A program made the translations under genes and the position numbers. 52,160 bases of DNA from Chiloscyllium plagiosum (lineage: Eukaryota): positions 32,763,469-32,815,628 of the forward strand of contig NC_057717.1 in the NCBI RefSeq assembly GCF_004010195.1. Reading direction: 5' to 3'. Under the pieces are notes generated by a model. That model saw only the letters and a list, made by a program, of their open reading frames with translations, was not told the DNA's origin and searched no databases. Positions 35,133-47,907 of the stretch are shown here, piece after piece (within the stretch, counting starts at the first letter, position 1; each line of letters begins with the position of its first letter).

Positions 35133-37511
35133 GTAGGAATTGAGGTGAACAGCACACCCGTGGTTAACATGAATAGGGCATTAGTTATAATACATTTGAC
35201 ATCATCATAGAGATATAAAGAACAGGAAAGGTTCCTGTGGTCCATCCAGTCCACACCTATCAATAACAGCCTCCTAACTATTCCAGTCCAGTATATCCGC
35301 AATTGATGCATTGCTTTGTGTGACATGGCATTTCTTATGTGCATCTGCATATTTCTCACATGTTATGCGGTGCCTAGCCTCTTCAAGACTTACTCACACT
35401 GAGCTGCAGATTCACACACTCTGTGTGATTTTGGTTTCCCCAATATCCTCCTGTCCTTACCTTAACCCTATGCCCTTGAGACATTGCTCCATCCATTAAG
35501 GGGAAAGGATTTGTCCTGTTTACTCTGTGTATGTCTACCGTAATTCTAGACATCACAATCATCCTCTCTCTCATTCTTCTCTGCTCCAAGTAAAACCCCA
35601 GTTTGGTTAATGACATTTCAGAACTTAAAAACCTACAGCCCAGGAAATGTCCTGGAAAATCTCAATAATGCTACCTTCTGTCTAATCACATTCCTTCCAT
35701 AACATGCAGTCCTGTACATCACACAATGCTTCATGTCTGGCCCAACCAGTGTTTTATTAATTTCCAGTATCATCTCCCAACACCTAATGTAAATGTCTTG
35801 GCTCACTAAAGCAAATACCCGACACACATTCTTAGTCTTTTTATCCACCTGCCACATTATTACAAGGGATCGATGGACATGCACACCAAAGATCCTCAGT
35901 CCTTTTCACGGTTCCACCATTCAAAACATAATACCTCTTAGTTTCTTCTGACCAAGTGTATCACCTTACACTTATCCAGAATGATTTCCATTTTCTATTT
36001 CTCACCACAAGTAGCCAACCCTTCTGTACCTTGCTGCAATCTAAAGCTATCATGCTCACTACTTACCAACACGGCAATTTTCGTTTCATCTGTGAACTTA
36101 CTGGTCAAATCTCCTGCATTGTATTCTAAATCGATTTTACATAATAGAAACATCAATAAATCAACACTGATCCCTGCAGAACACCACTAGATATTTACTT
36201 CCATCCACACAAACATTCTATGACCATTACCCTCTGCACTCCGCCATTCAGCTAACTCAGGGTTCAATTCGTCAAATTAACTTGATCTCATCTGGCTCTG
36301 ACCTTTACTATCATCTGGAAATCGACTTACTTCTTCGAAAACTAACATCGAATTGCTCAATGAAATCGTGCTGAGAATTGTTGATTAACCTTCCAGATGA
36401 AGGTTAATTCCCCTCTCCATAGTTACAATGTCTTCCCTACTACAGAGCCGAACTTGAGCCGAGCCTGTGGTTTCAATGTTTTTCTCTTCGTCTGTCCTGC
36501 ATAACAATACCACATTGGCAGTTTTACCATATCCCCAGGTGGCCAGGAATTATAAATTATTGCCAGCCACCCACTATTTCATCCTTTGCTTGGCACACAT
36601 GTTATCTGCCCTGGAAATATTACTAGTTTTTCATCCAGCAACACAGCATCTATCCTAATTTCTGAAAAAAANNNNNNNNNNNNNNNNNNNNNNNNNNNNN
36701 NNNNNNNNNNNNNNNNNNNNNNNNNNNNNNNNNNNNNNNNNNNNNNNNNNNNNNNNNNNNNNNNNNNNNNNNNNNNNNNNNNNNNNNNNNNNNNNNNNNN
36801 NNNNNNNNNNNNNNNNNNNNNNNNNNNNNNNNNNNNNNNNNNNNNNNNNNNNNNNNNNNNNNNNNNNNNNNNNNNNNNNNNNNNNNNNNNNNNNNNNNNN
36901 NNNNNNNNNNNNNNNNNNNNNNNNNNNNNNNNNNNNNNNNNNNNNNNNNNNNNNNNNNNNNNNNNNNNNNNNNNNNNNNNNNNNNNNNNNNNNNNNNNNN
37001 NNNNNNNNNNNNNNNNNNNNNNNNNNNNNNNNNNNNNNNNNNNNNNNNNNNNNNNNNNNNNNNNNNNNNNNNNNNNNNNNNNNNNNNNNNNNNNNNNNNN
37101 NNNNNNNNNNNNNNNNNNNNNNNNNNNNNNNNNNNNNNNNNNNNNNNNNNNNNNNNNNNNNNNNNNNNNNNNNNNNNNNNNNNNNNNNNNNNNNNNNNNN
37201 NNNNNNNNNNNNNNNNNNNNNNNNNNNNNNNNNNNNNNNNNNNNNNNNNNNNNNNNNNNNNNNNNNNNNNNNNNNNNNNNNNNNNNNNNNNNNNNNNNNN
37301 NNNNNNNNNNNNNNNNNNNNNNNNNNNNNNNNNNNNNNNNNNNNNNNNNNNNNNNNNNNNNNNNNNNNNNNNNNNNNNNNNNNNNNNNNNNNNNNNNNNN
37401 NNNNNNNNNNNNNNNNNNNNNNNNNNNNNNNNNNNNNNNNNNNNNNNNNNNNNNNNNNNNNNNNNNNNNNNNNNNNNNNNNNNNNNNNNNNNNNNNNNNN
37501 NNNNNNNNNNN

Positions 37512-37818
37512 TGGATGCGGATCGTTAGCTGTCTTTCTGTTTGTCCTATATAGTGTTTTGTGCACTCATCCACAAACTCCATCAACAAACACATCGACCT
37601 GGACCCAATATACCGGCCACTACAGCGGACAGCTGAGACTGACAACCGGAAGCGGCAGGGACAGGCCACTATAAATGCCGGAGGAAACACCACAGAAGCG
37701 CTTCACAGGAGGCTCCCAAGCACTGAGGATGTCACCTAGACAGGGACAAACTTCCAGCTCGGCGAACAGAACCACAGCAACTAGCACCCGAGCTACAAAT
37801 CTTCTCACAAACTTTGAA
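37512..37818. mobile_element. Penelope-like element 3' terminus with a short inverted GIY-YIG fragment
   Basis: Minus strand reads CTKHYIGQTERQLTIRI at 37512-37565. The plus-strand terminus matches 26073-26345 and the hammerhead GAAA box is deleted. Confidence 0.85.
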
Positions 37819-37876
37819 CTGAATGTATATTTTTTATCAAATTTGTCAGATAATTTATACAATGTTTTTCATAAAG

Positions 37877-37932
37877 GTCCACTTCTCCAACAACTCACCT
37901 TCTGATCATGAGTCACAGTGAAGAAATCGCAA
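37877..37932 (+). pseudogene. IGHM: IgM Cmu2 exon, 5' portion (copy 3)
   Basis: ataaag| acceptor, then SPTTHLLIMSHSEEIA. Confidence 0.85.
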
Positions 37933-40847
37933 CATAGAACATAGAATATAGAACAATACAACACAGAACAGGCCTTTCGGCACATGATGTTGTGCCAAAC
38001 ATTTGTCCGAGCTTAAGCACCTATCCATGTACCTAACCAATTGCCGCTTAAAGGTCACCAATGATTCTGACTCTGCCACTCCCACAGGCAGGGCATTCCA
38101 TGCCCCCACCACTCTCTGGGTAAAGGACCTACCCCTGACATCTCCCCATACCTTCTACCCTTCACCTTTATTTTTTGTCCCCTTGTAACACTCTGTTGAA
38201 CCTGGGGGAAAAGTCTCTGACTGTCTACTCTATCTATTCCCCTAATCATCTTATAAACCTCTATCAAGTCACCCCTCATCCTTCGTCGTTCCAATGAGAA
38301 AAGGCCTAGCACTCTCAACCTATCCTCGTACGACCTTTTCTCTATTCCAGGCAACATCCTGGTAAATCTCCTCTGTACCCTCTCCAAAGCTTCCACATCT
38401 TTCCTAAAATGAGGCGACGAGAACTGCACACAGTAGTCCAAATGTGGCCTTACCAAGGTCCTGTACAGCTGCAACATCACCTCACGACTCTTGAATTCAA
38501 TCCCTCTGCTAAGGTACGTTAATACGCCATAGGCCTTCTTATAAGCTCTTTCCACCTGAGTGGCAACTTTCAACGAGCTATGAACGGAGACCCCAAGATC
38601 CCTCTGCTCCTCCACCTAACTAAGAATCCTACCGTTAACCCTGTATTCCGCATTCTTATTTGTCCTTCCAAAATGGACAACCTCACACTTGACAGGGTTG
38701 AACTCCATCTGCCACTCCTCAGCCCAGCTCTGCATCATATCTAAGTCCCTTTGCAGCCGACAACAGCCCTCCTCACGACCCAAAACTCCACCAATCTTCG
38801 TATCGTCTGCAAATTTACTGACACAACCTTCGAATCCCTCTTCAAAGTCATTAATAAACATTACAAACAGCAGAGAACCCAGAACTGATCCCTGCGAAAC
38901 TCCACTTGTAACTGGGCTCCAGGCTGAATATTTACCATCTACCATCACTCTCTGACTTCGACCGATGAGCCAGTTCTCTATCCAACTGGCCAAATTTCCT
39001 ACTATTCCATGCTTCCTGACTTTCCGCATAAGCCTACCATGGGGAGCCTTATCAAATGCCTTATTAAAATCCATGTACATTACATCCACTGTTCTACCCT
39101 CATCCACATGCATGGTCAACTCCTCAAAGAATTCAATAAGATTTGTACGGCAAGACCTACCCCTCACAAATCCGTGCTGGCTGTCCCTAATCAAGCAGTG
39201 TCTTTCCCGATACTCATAAATCCTATCCCTCAGTACCCTTTCCATTACTTTGCCTATCACTGAAGTAAGACTAACTTGCCTATAATTCCCGGGGTTATCC
39301 CTATTCCCTTTTTTGAACAGGGACACAACATTCGTCACTCTCCAGTGCCCTGGTACCACCCCCGTTGACAGTGAAGACGAAAAGATCATTGCCAACGGCT
39401 CTGCAATTTCTCTCTTGCTTCTCACATAATCCTAGTATATATCCCGCCAGGCCCGGGGGACTTGTCTATCCTCAAGTTTTTCAAAATACCCAACACATCT
39501 TCCTTCCTAACAAGTATCTCCTCTAGCTTACCAGTATGTTTCATACTCTCCTTTTCAACAATACGGTCACTGTCATTTGTAAATACTGAAGAAAAGTCTT
39601 CATTCAAGACCTTTCCTATCTCTTCCGACTCAACACACAGTCCCCCACTACTGTCCTTGATCGAACCTACCCTCGTTCTCGTCATTCTCATGTTTCTCAC
39701 ATACGCATAAAAGGCCTTGGGGTTATCCTTGATCCTACCCGCCAAAGATTTTTCATGCCCTCTCTTAGCTCTACTAATCCCTTTCTTCAGCTCCCTCCTG
39801 GCTATCCTGTATCCCTCCAACGTTCTGTTTGAACCCTGTTTCCTCAACCTTATGTAAGCCTCCTTCTTCCTCTTTACAGGACATTCAACTTCCCTCGTCA
39901 ACCAAGGTTCCCTCACACGACCATCTCTTTCCTGCCTGACAGGTACTTACGTATCAAGGACACGTCGTATCCGTTCCTTGAAAAATTTCCACATTTCAAT
40001 GACATCCTTCCCTGACAGCCTATGCTCCAAACTTATGCTCCTCAGATCTTGTCTTGCAGCATCGTATTTACCCTTCCCCCAATTGTAAAACCTACCCTCA
40101 TCACTTGTCCCGGTTCGTTACCAAGTACCAAATCCAATATGGCCTCCCCTCTGGTCGGACAATCTACAGACTGAGTTAGAAAAGCTTCCTGGACACACTG
40201 AACAAACACCGCCCCGTCCAATTTACTTGATCTAAAGAGCTTCCAATCAATATTTGGGAAGTTGAAATCGTCCATGACTCCTATCCTGTGGCTTCTGCAC
40301 TTTTCTAAAATCTGTTTCCCAATCTGTTTCTCGACATCTCTGCTGCTATTGGGGGGCCTATATAAAACACCCAACAAGGTAACTGTTCCTTTCCTATTTC
40401 TGACTTCATCCCATACTACCTCCAAAGGCAGATCCCCCTCGAACTGCCTTTCTACAGCCGTTATACCATTTCTAATTAGCAACGCCACATACCCCTTCTT
40501 TTTTACCACCCTCCCTAATCTTATAGAAACATCTGTAATCGGGGACCTCCAACAATCATTTCTGTCCCTCTTCTTTCTACGTTTCCGTGATGGCCACAAC
40601 ATCGTAGTCCCAAGTACCGATCCACGCCTTAAGTTCACCCACCTTATTTCTGATACTCCTTGCGTTGAAGTATACACACTTGAACTCATCTCTGTTTCTG
40701 CAAGTATTCCCTGTCAGTGCTACTTTCTCCACAGCCTCCCAACATTCTTGGACGTCCTGCAAAACAGCTAACCAACTTGCTGGACTACAAGTCTGGATCC
40801 CATCCCCGTGCCAAATTAGCTTAAACCGCCGCCCCCAAAGAGTGCGA
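37933..40847 (-). mobile_element. CR1 LINE (5'-truncated, APE + RT) inserted antisense in Cmu2 copy 3
   Basis: RT ORFs with HGFVRGRSC, KFADDTK and YRTLVRPHLDYCVQF. The catagaa tail is at 37933. Junctions match copy 2, and there is an internal deletion near 40098. Confidence 0.95.
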
Positions 40848-41103
40848 GCAAGTAGCAGGTTTGAAACCATCGTCTGTTCAATCATTGATTTCCATCTGAA
40901 GCAAATCTCCATGAGTTGGTTGAAAAATAGCCAATCCGTGGATTCTGGTGTCTTCACATCTCCCATGTGTGAGGTGAATGGGAAATTCTCGGTAATGAAT
41001 CGGCTGACCGCATGTTATGGTGAATGATTCAACAGCGCAGTGTTTACCTGCCAGGTCACTCACGGAAAGAACACTCAAAGTCAAAACATCACCACACCCC
41101 AGG
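40848..41103 (+). pseudogene. IGHM: IgM Cmu2 exon, 3' portion (copy 3), Trp changed to stop
   Basis: Reads [34 protein letters not shown]...[29 protein letters not shown], then G|GTAAG. Confidence 0.92.
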
Positions 41104-42938
41104 GTAAGACATACATACGAGAGCACTAGAAATCATTCTGAACTCCGATGTGAATCAGATACACACATTTATCAAACTTAGTCAACAGCACTAAAGTGTG
41201 CAGCATCCCATTCACAAACGTGTCATGCATTTCAGTTTGAGTGTGACATTAGCATTGCTCATAATTCAACATTATGACTAATCAGAAGAGCATGTTTTCC
41301 TCTATATTGATGGCATGTGAGCTGGTTTAATAGTCTTCTTTTTAAAGTTGTTTGATGGCTGACCACACTTGGAGAGGCATTAGAGTGCTGAATCCACGCC
41401 TGGTTACTTCATTTAGCGGGTGGGTGAGGGGTGCGTGTCTTTTGTGGCCCGGGGGCTTAGGGTCACAGAGGTATTTTTTTGAAACTTAAAACATAGAGAA
41501 AGGCCGAGTTTGGGTGAACGTGGAGTAAATGTTTTGACAAGTCGGCGAGAGTAGGACACGAGGGCATAACCTCCAAGTCAAAGGGTGCACCATTTGTAAC
41601 TGAGGTGGGGAAGAACTTCTTCAGCCAGAGGGTGGTGGAATTCATTCCCACAGACGGTTATGAAGGCCAAGTCAGTGATTGTATTTAAGATGGCGATTGG
41701 TCGGTTAGTACATGGAGAAGGCTGGAGAATGTGGTAGAGAAACATATCACACATGATCGAATGGCAGGGCAGACTCGTTTGGCCGAATTGCCTCATTCTG
41801 CTCCCATATCTTACTATCTTGTGGTCTCAAAATAACAAGGTAAAATATGCAGTGACCCTTTTTGCAAAATAAATCAAAATGTGTTCAATACTTCATTTCC
41901 TGCTCAGGAATGACCTGTTGGACTTGGGCATTGTACATCGTAGATTTTATCTGGTACTGAGCTCTTTAACTTCATTCATGGGAGCAGGTCGAAGAGCAAG
42001 TTGCTATCACATTTGATCAATCCGGATAAACAGGACCTAATTGAAACTCTTTAAGGTACTCTCTGCAATTAGTGGATGTGGCAGGAGAAAACATTTTAGT
42101 GGGAAGGCTACAGTAGCGATGAACGAACGAGGAACTAGAGTCAGGCGTATTCAGCCTGGTGTCCGGATGGAGATGTTCACACAGTGATCAGTGGAAGTCT
42201 GAATAATGCTCACACAAATTTCCATTAATTCGTAGAATAATGTTAGACACTCGTATTTGTTTTGTTTCTATTCTACTAAGAAATTCACTGTTTTGTTTTT
42301 AGACCTACTACAAATTTGACAGGAGGAATAATATCTCATGGTATGCTTTTGAGAATGATCTCACACCAATAATACAAAGAATTTACAATAACGTTAAACA
42401 CATTGAACAGACTTTCTGTGACTGATAACTGCTCCGTAACACCTTTAAACGCCTGCAAACACAAGAGAACAAAGAAAATAATTATGATTGATTACGGTTT
42501 GTTAAAATTTGGGGATGTAACTTGGCATTCAGAATGCCAGGCAGCATTTGCAAGTAAGTTTCATGAACATAGAAATGAAGTCGTTATATTCAGATTAAGC
42601 TTGTCAAAAGTATCAAAGGATGGTCCTAAGTGAGAGAAGAGCTCTGAAAGGAAGGTAATTCCATGTGTTACGTCATGGTATCTTTGATTTTACTTTTTCA
42701 CAGGTTTCACTAGTTGCAAAGCCAGTGTTCTTTATGAATGATTATATGGGTCATGTTATAGATAATAACAGATGTTTTCACAAATCAAAATATATCAGCA
42801 AGAGGAACCATCATTTCAGCAACATTTGGACGCTGCCATGTCAAAGGTGGTTTCCTCACTTCATGAGTGAATAGCCTGAAGACTCGGTGTTTTGATCCTA
42901 AAGAGGCATTTTTCATTGATTTGATTTCTGTTTCATAG

Positions 42939-43246
42939 GAGTTACTGATTGCCACGATTACACAGTTAAAATCCTACCACCGCCATTAGAACACATCTTA
43001 CTGGAGGCGACGGTGACATTAACCTGTGTTGCGTCCAATCTTTCTTCTGGTGCCAATGTCACCTGGTTCAGGAAAAGAAGACTCTGAAATCAGAGATCTC
43101 TAACCAACTTGGAGAAAATCCCGACAGCGTGATCAGCAAATTAATCACTTCTACTGAAGCCTGGATAAGTCACGTTAGTTTTGAAGGTTTGGTGAACCAT
43201 CTGTATCTACTGACTCCACTGAGAGAATCCATCCACAAGGAAAATG
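42939..43246 (+). pseudogene. IGHM: IgM Cmu3 exon (copy 3), frameshifted
   Basis: Reads [52 protein letters not shown]...FEGLVNH...IHKEN. The 1-nt deletion and Cys-to-Gly change are the same as in copy 2. Confidence 0.92.
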
Positions 43247-43705
43247 GTGAGCGGTGAGGTGAAAAAACAAAGCACCCCATGTGTAATCTCGATCCAGTAA
43301 CATACATGACATGCTTGGATTGGCTCCTAATAACATTGGGAGCATTAAACATGTGTCTGATATCAGGATAGCTAAATATCTGATTGAGAACAAGATGGAC
43401 CAAAGCTTGTTCTTTTTTTCATTGTAAGTCAAATAAAATGGGAAGAAGCCTGGTTTGTATTTTTAACATCAGCAATGACAAATGTACAGGAGATCTTAGT
43501 TGTGGGTTGGAAACATGGAGGCGACTTTCGAATTAAGCTCTTTACTCTTAATGATTAGGATGGATATCATTCTGCTCGTTCAGAAAATGAGAGTGTATAA
43601 ATCTCAAATTTAAAAACAAAACTGGCACATTATAATATGTCTGAAATTGCAATATTGAATTTGGATTTTTATAGTGGATTTATATTTATTTCAAATATTC
43701 TGCAG

Positions 43706-44083
43706 GAAAAAAAGCTACTGGAGCCATCAGTGTCGATCCTCCTGCCACCAACAGAAGACGTTTCCGCTGAGAGGTTTCTCTCTCTCACCTGTTTAGTGAG
43801 AGGCTTCACTTCCCGAGAGATCTTAGTTAAGTGGACAAACAATGACAAGCCAGTTAATCCCAGTTACTACAAGAACACCGAGGTGATGGCGGAGAGCGAG
43901 AGCACCTCCTTCTTCAGCATTACAGCAGAGGAGTGGGCCAGTGCTGCTTCTTATTCTTGTGTGGTGGGTCATGAAGCGATTCCACTGAAGATCATCAACA
44001 GAACAGTCGATAAATCCATCGGTAAACCAAGTTTTGTGAACATTTCACTTGCATTGATGGGCACTATTAATTCATGTCAATAA
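43706..44083 (+). pseudogene. IGHM: IgM Cmu4 plus full secretory tailpiece (copy 3)
   Basis: Reads [12 protein letters not shown]...[43 protein letters not shown]. An extra A in the 5' A-run shifts the phase, and there is a 15-nt in-frame deletion (FF-----SI). AATAAA is near 44119. Confidence 0.95.
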
Positions 44084-44085
44084 AA

Positions 44086-45373
44086 ATTTCGAAGATGTTT
44101 TTAATAATTCAACAAAAGTAATAAAGCTTTTTCTTCCAATTGTGATTTAAATATACAACCGTTTAATTAATTGTGCTTCTCACTTTTAATTATATTCCAG
44201 TTGTAAAGTTAAGTTGGATGTGTAACAGGTGTCGAGCTCATGTCTTGTACAGTAAATGTTCCCTGCTCGGACAAAGTTAAGATCAGAGATAGAGTAAAGC
44301 TCACGCATTGCCGGATTCTGCAAAGTAACTTTTCCATTTTAAATTCCAATAAAACGAAATCTGAAAATCCCCAATTTCTGTCAAGTGAACAACACGAATT
44401 TTGAACTTGGTTTTCCTGATTCCCCGATTGCACATTCTTACGAAATTCATGTCGGCTTTCATCTGCCACAATGCAACAATTGGGAACGCAATCTTAAGAG
44501 ACATTTGAAATTAGTTTTGATTGGAAAATACCAATCACAAAGAGTGCAGATTAAGTTGAATATAACACTACTGTTGCAAACGTTTCATCCCCTGTCTAGG
44601 GGACATCCTCAGTGCTTGGGAGCCTCCTGTGAAGCGCGCCTGTGGTGTTTCTTCCGGCATTTATAGTGGCCTGACCTTATCGCTTCCGGTTGTCAGTTTC
44701 AGCTAAAACTAAGGACCTGATACCCAGCATGAGCAAAACTAACGTAGTGTACAAACTCCCATGCAAGGACTGAACAAAACACTATATAGGACAAACAGGA
44801 ATAAAGCTATCGATCCGCATCCACGAACATCAACTAGCCACGAAACGACACGACCAGCTATCCCTAGTAGCCACACACGCAGACGACAAATTCGAAGATG
44901 TTTTTAATAATTCAACAAAAGTAATAAAGCTTTTTCTTCCAATTGTGATTTAAATATACAACCGTTTAATTAATTGTGCTTCTCACTTTTAATTATATTC
45001 AAGTTGTAAAGTTAAGTTGGATGAGTAACAGGTGTCGGACTCATGTCTTGTGCAGTAAATGTTCCCTGCTCGGACAAAGTTAAGATCATAGATAGAGTAA
45101 AGCTCACGCATTGCCGGATTCTGCAAAGTACCTTTTCCATTTTAAATTCCAATAAAACGAAATCTGAAAATCCCCAATTTCTGTCAAGTGAACAACACGA
45201 ATTTTGAACTTGGTTTTCCTGATTCCCCGATTGCACATTCTTACGAAATTCATGTCGGCTTTCATTTGCCACAATGCAAGAATTGGGAACGCAATCTTAA
45301 GAGACATTTGAAATTAGTTTTGATTGGAAAATACCAATCGCAAAGAGTGCAGATTAAGTTGAATATAACACTA
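44086..45373 (+). repeat. Duplicated ~485-bp Cmu4 3' flank (44086-44570 and ~44888-45373) separated by a truncated Penelope fragment (44571-44889)
   Basis: ttcgaagatgtttttaataattc...gaatataacacta occurs twice. Confidence 0.9.
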
Positions 45374-45662
45374 GTGTCTGTGTAACCAGGGATCTTGTAC
45401 CAATGCAGTAGTTGACAGAATGCATGTTAGTTTCCCCAACAAAGAGACCCGAAGGAAGATTATTGTTGTTCAGCCGAAGGAGGAGGAGAGGGGAATTATT
45501 AACGGTCTGTACTCTTACTCACTCTGCAGAGTTTTCAAGATAGAAGTCCACTGTAATGTACCACAGTCGCTGACAGGAACAGTCAGCTTCTTCTTTACTG
45601 TCCGAGATTCCATCTTTCCATGCAAAATAATACCTTTGAGTATGCTCGACACGATTGCATCA

Positions 45663-45787
45663 AAGAAGGGCTAATGCCCGAAACGTCGATTCTCCTGTTC
45701 CCTCGATGCTGCCTGACCTGCTGCGCTTTACCAGCAACACATTTCCATCTCTGACCTCCAGCATCTGCAGACCTCACTTTCTCCTCA
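45663..45787 (+). mobile_element. Short Penelope-type terminal insertion with a 12-bp flanking direct repeat
   Basis: ACGATTGCATCA at 45651-45662 and 45788-45799. The insert is absent from the paralogous site near 26630. Confidence 0.8.
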
Positions 45788-47779
45788 ACGATTGCATCAT
45801 CCCAGTTTGAAGTCCATAGTTTTGTCTCAGTTTTCTGGAGCACATGGGAGAAATTCTGGTATTCGAACATCTGACATAATTTTGCTTCACGTACAGAACA
45901 TTTGTAAATATTTTGTAATCAGCATGTTCAGAAATGTAATTCTGCATGTCTCGAATAGTGGAAATTTGAGCTCAGGTGTCTTGTCTCAGAGACAGAAATT
46001 CAATCGCTGCAACGAAAGAGTAGCTCACATCGAGGGCTCAAGGGCCTGGTTTGCGCAGTTTTGTTCTATGTTCTAAAACATTTATCTCTCCACGACGGTC
46101 AGAAATGTTCCTGACAACATCAGGGTCATACATAATTGTTGACAATCCATTAAAACACAAAAATAATGCAAATTGTAGTCTAGTATAAGAGCTGAAACAG
46201 TTACAGAGAGATTGTCACAAATACATACGCAAAAACACATACACAGGCTCTCACCTAAAGACACATGTTTATGCACATACATAAACGTGCACACAGATGA
46301 ACTGTCACACACATTTGCATGCACACAGCTACACATGCAAATGGTACTTGAACACTCATCTAGCCCCCAGAAAAACGCATATTCACAGAAAAAATAGCAC
46401 ATGCACAAATGAACAAGGATATCCACACATAACTATGAAAAGCATAGACGCACATTATTACACAAATGGACATGACTGCATTTCTATTCATGCAGCATCA
46501 TGCTGATAGACATACATTCATACGCACACAGATACAACATCTGAAAATTCTCATCTCACGTGTAGGCACACACAGGCACGTATGAGCACAGGTTAAAATA
46601 AATATTAGTTCTTAATTTCCATAATCACAAACGTATGATTGCAGAGGCAGCTTATTTTATTTTGAAACCACTTAGATCAGCACTTATACATGGTCACACA
46701 CACACATAAATTCTGAGTCGTATATGCAGACGTGCAAATAATGGGGTGTTTATTAACCAAGGAGAATGACACAAGCATCAGCAAACATTCACACACAATA
46801 ACACAAACAAGCACATCAGGCAATGGTTTAGGATAGATTGCCACAAAAACAGATCATCACGCAAAGATAAACATCCACCAAACATGACGTTGCATGCACA
46901 CATTTATTGAGGACAAACATGAAAATAACCGAATGTTAGGTAGGACCTGAAATAGACAGATCCTGCTGTCTACTGATAGGATGGCATACGAAAAGTAAAC
47001 ACACAGAAGGACGTTAAAAGATAAACGCAGGCGTCAACGAAGTGCCAGTTTAGCATGATGATGCTTACACGTCGTGAAGGGAACAATATTTGAATACAAA
47101 AAAAAAACATGTGAGCACATCAGTAGTAAAGAACATGAGTATGTTTATTCATACACACACTCCAAAATGGGCAAATGCAATGCAAGAGACACGCATTACC
47201 ACATCCACAAACACAAGGAAAAACATACACATCAAGCCATAAAAAAATAAATTAAGAGCGACATGCGTAAAAACTGATTCCTAAATATACAGATCCTACA
47301 AACAAAAATATGAAGCATTTTTCATACTGTGGATGTAATTTGCATTCATGAGATGCCAAGCAATTGGTCACCAATATATCATGAAGATGAGAATCACATA
47401 TGAATTTTCATCCAGTAATGGACAAAATCTTAAACTAAACTGCGGTCACAGCACATAGTTAAAATATAATGATAAAATTAAAGTAATTGTTCTCAATAAG
47501 TATCCCTCAAATGATAATATTCTTCAAAAATAGATTAAAAGACAAAGTAATTCAAAGTGTTCTGACACGGACAGTAAGGAGAAAATGTGCAATTAATATT
47601 AGTTAGTTCTTGCTGCGAATCAATAATGCATTAATACATGCAGATAGAGAGTCAAAATTGAGAAACACCTGACTGCCTAAAGAAGATGTAACGGCGTCTA
47701 ATTACAATACTAAGATGCAGATAGATCGGTCAGCATCAATAAACAATCTGAACATGTTCTCTCAGCTTTATATTCATAG

Positions 47780-47907
47780 ATTCAATAGATCATACTTGGA
47801 TTGAAGACTATGGGGATGATAATGGCAACATCTGGACAACTGCTTCCACGTTCATCACCCTGTTCTTCCTGAGTATTTTCTACAATGCTGCCGTCACTCT
47901 GGTGAAG
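47780..47907 (+). CDS. IGHM: IgM transmembrane exon TM1, intact
   Basis: ttcatag| then (D)SIDHTWIEDYGDDNGNIWTTASTFITLFFLSIFYNAAVTLVK then |gtgatt. It shows the acidic spacer, the conserved antigen-receptor TM motif, phase 1 start and phase 0 end. Confidence 0.92.

Noticed and set aside
43637-44083. 148-aa ATG-initiated ORF as a stand-alone secreted Cmu4 protein
   Set aside because: The N-terminal 23 codons are intron read-through with no convincing signal peptide. The frame exists only because of a 1-nt insertion absent from copy 2.
14115-47907. IgW or IgNAR identity
   Set aside because: Four C domains with Cmu-specific motifs ([42 protein letters not shown]) and an L-chain-pairing Cmu1 fit IgM.
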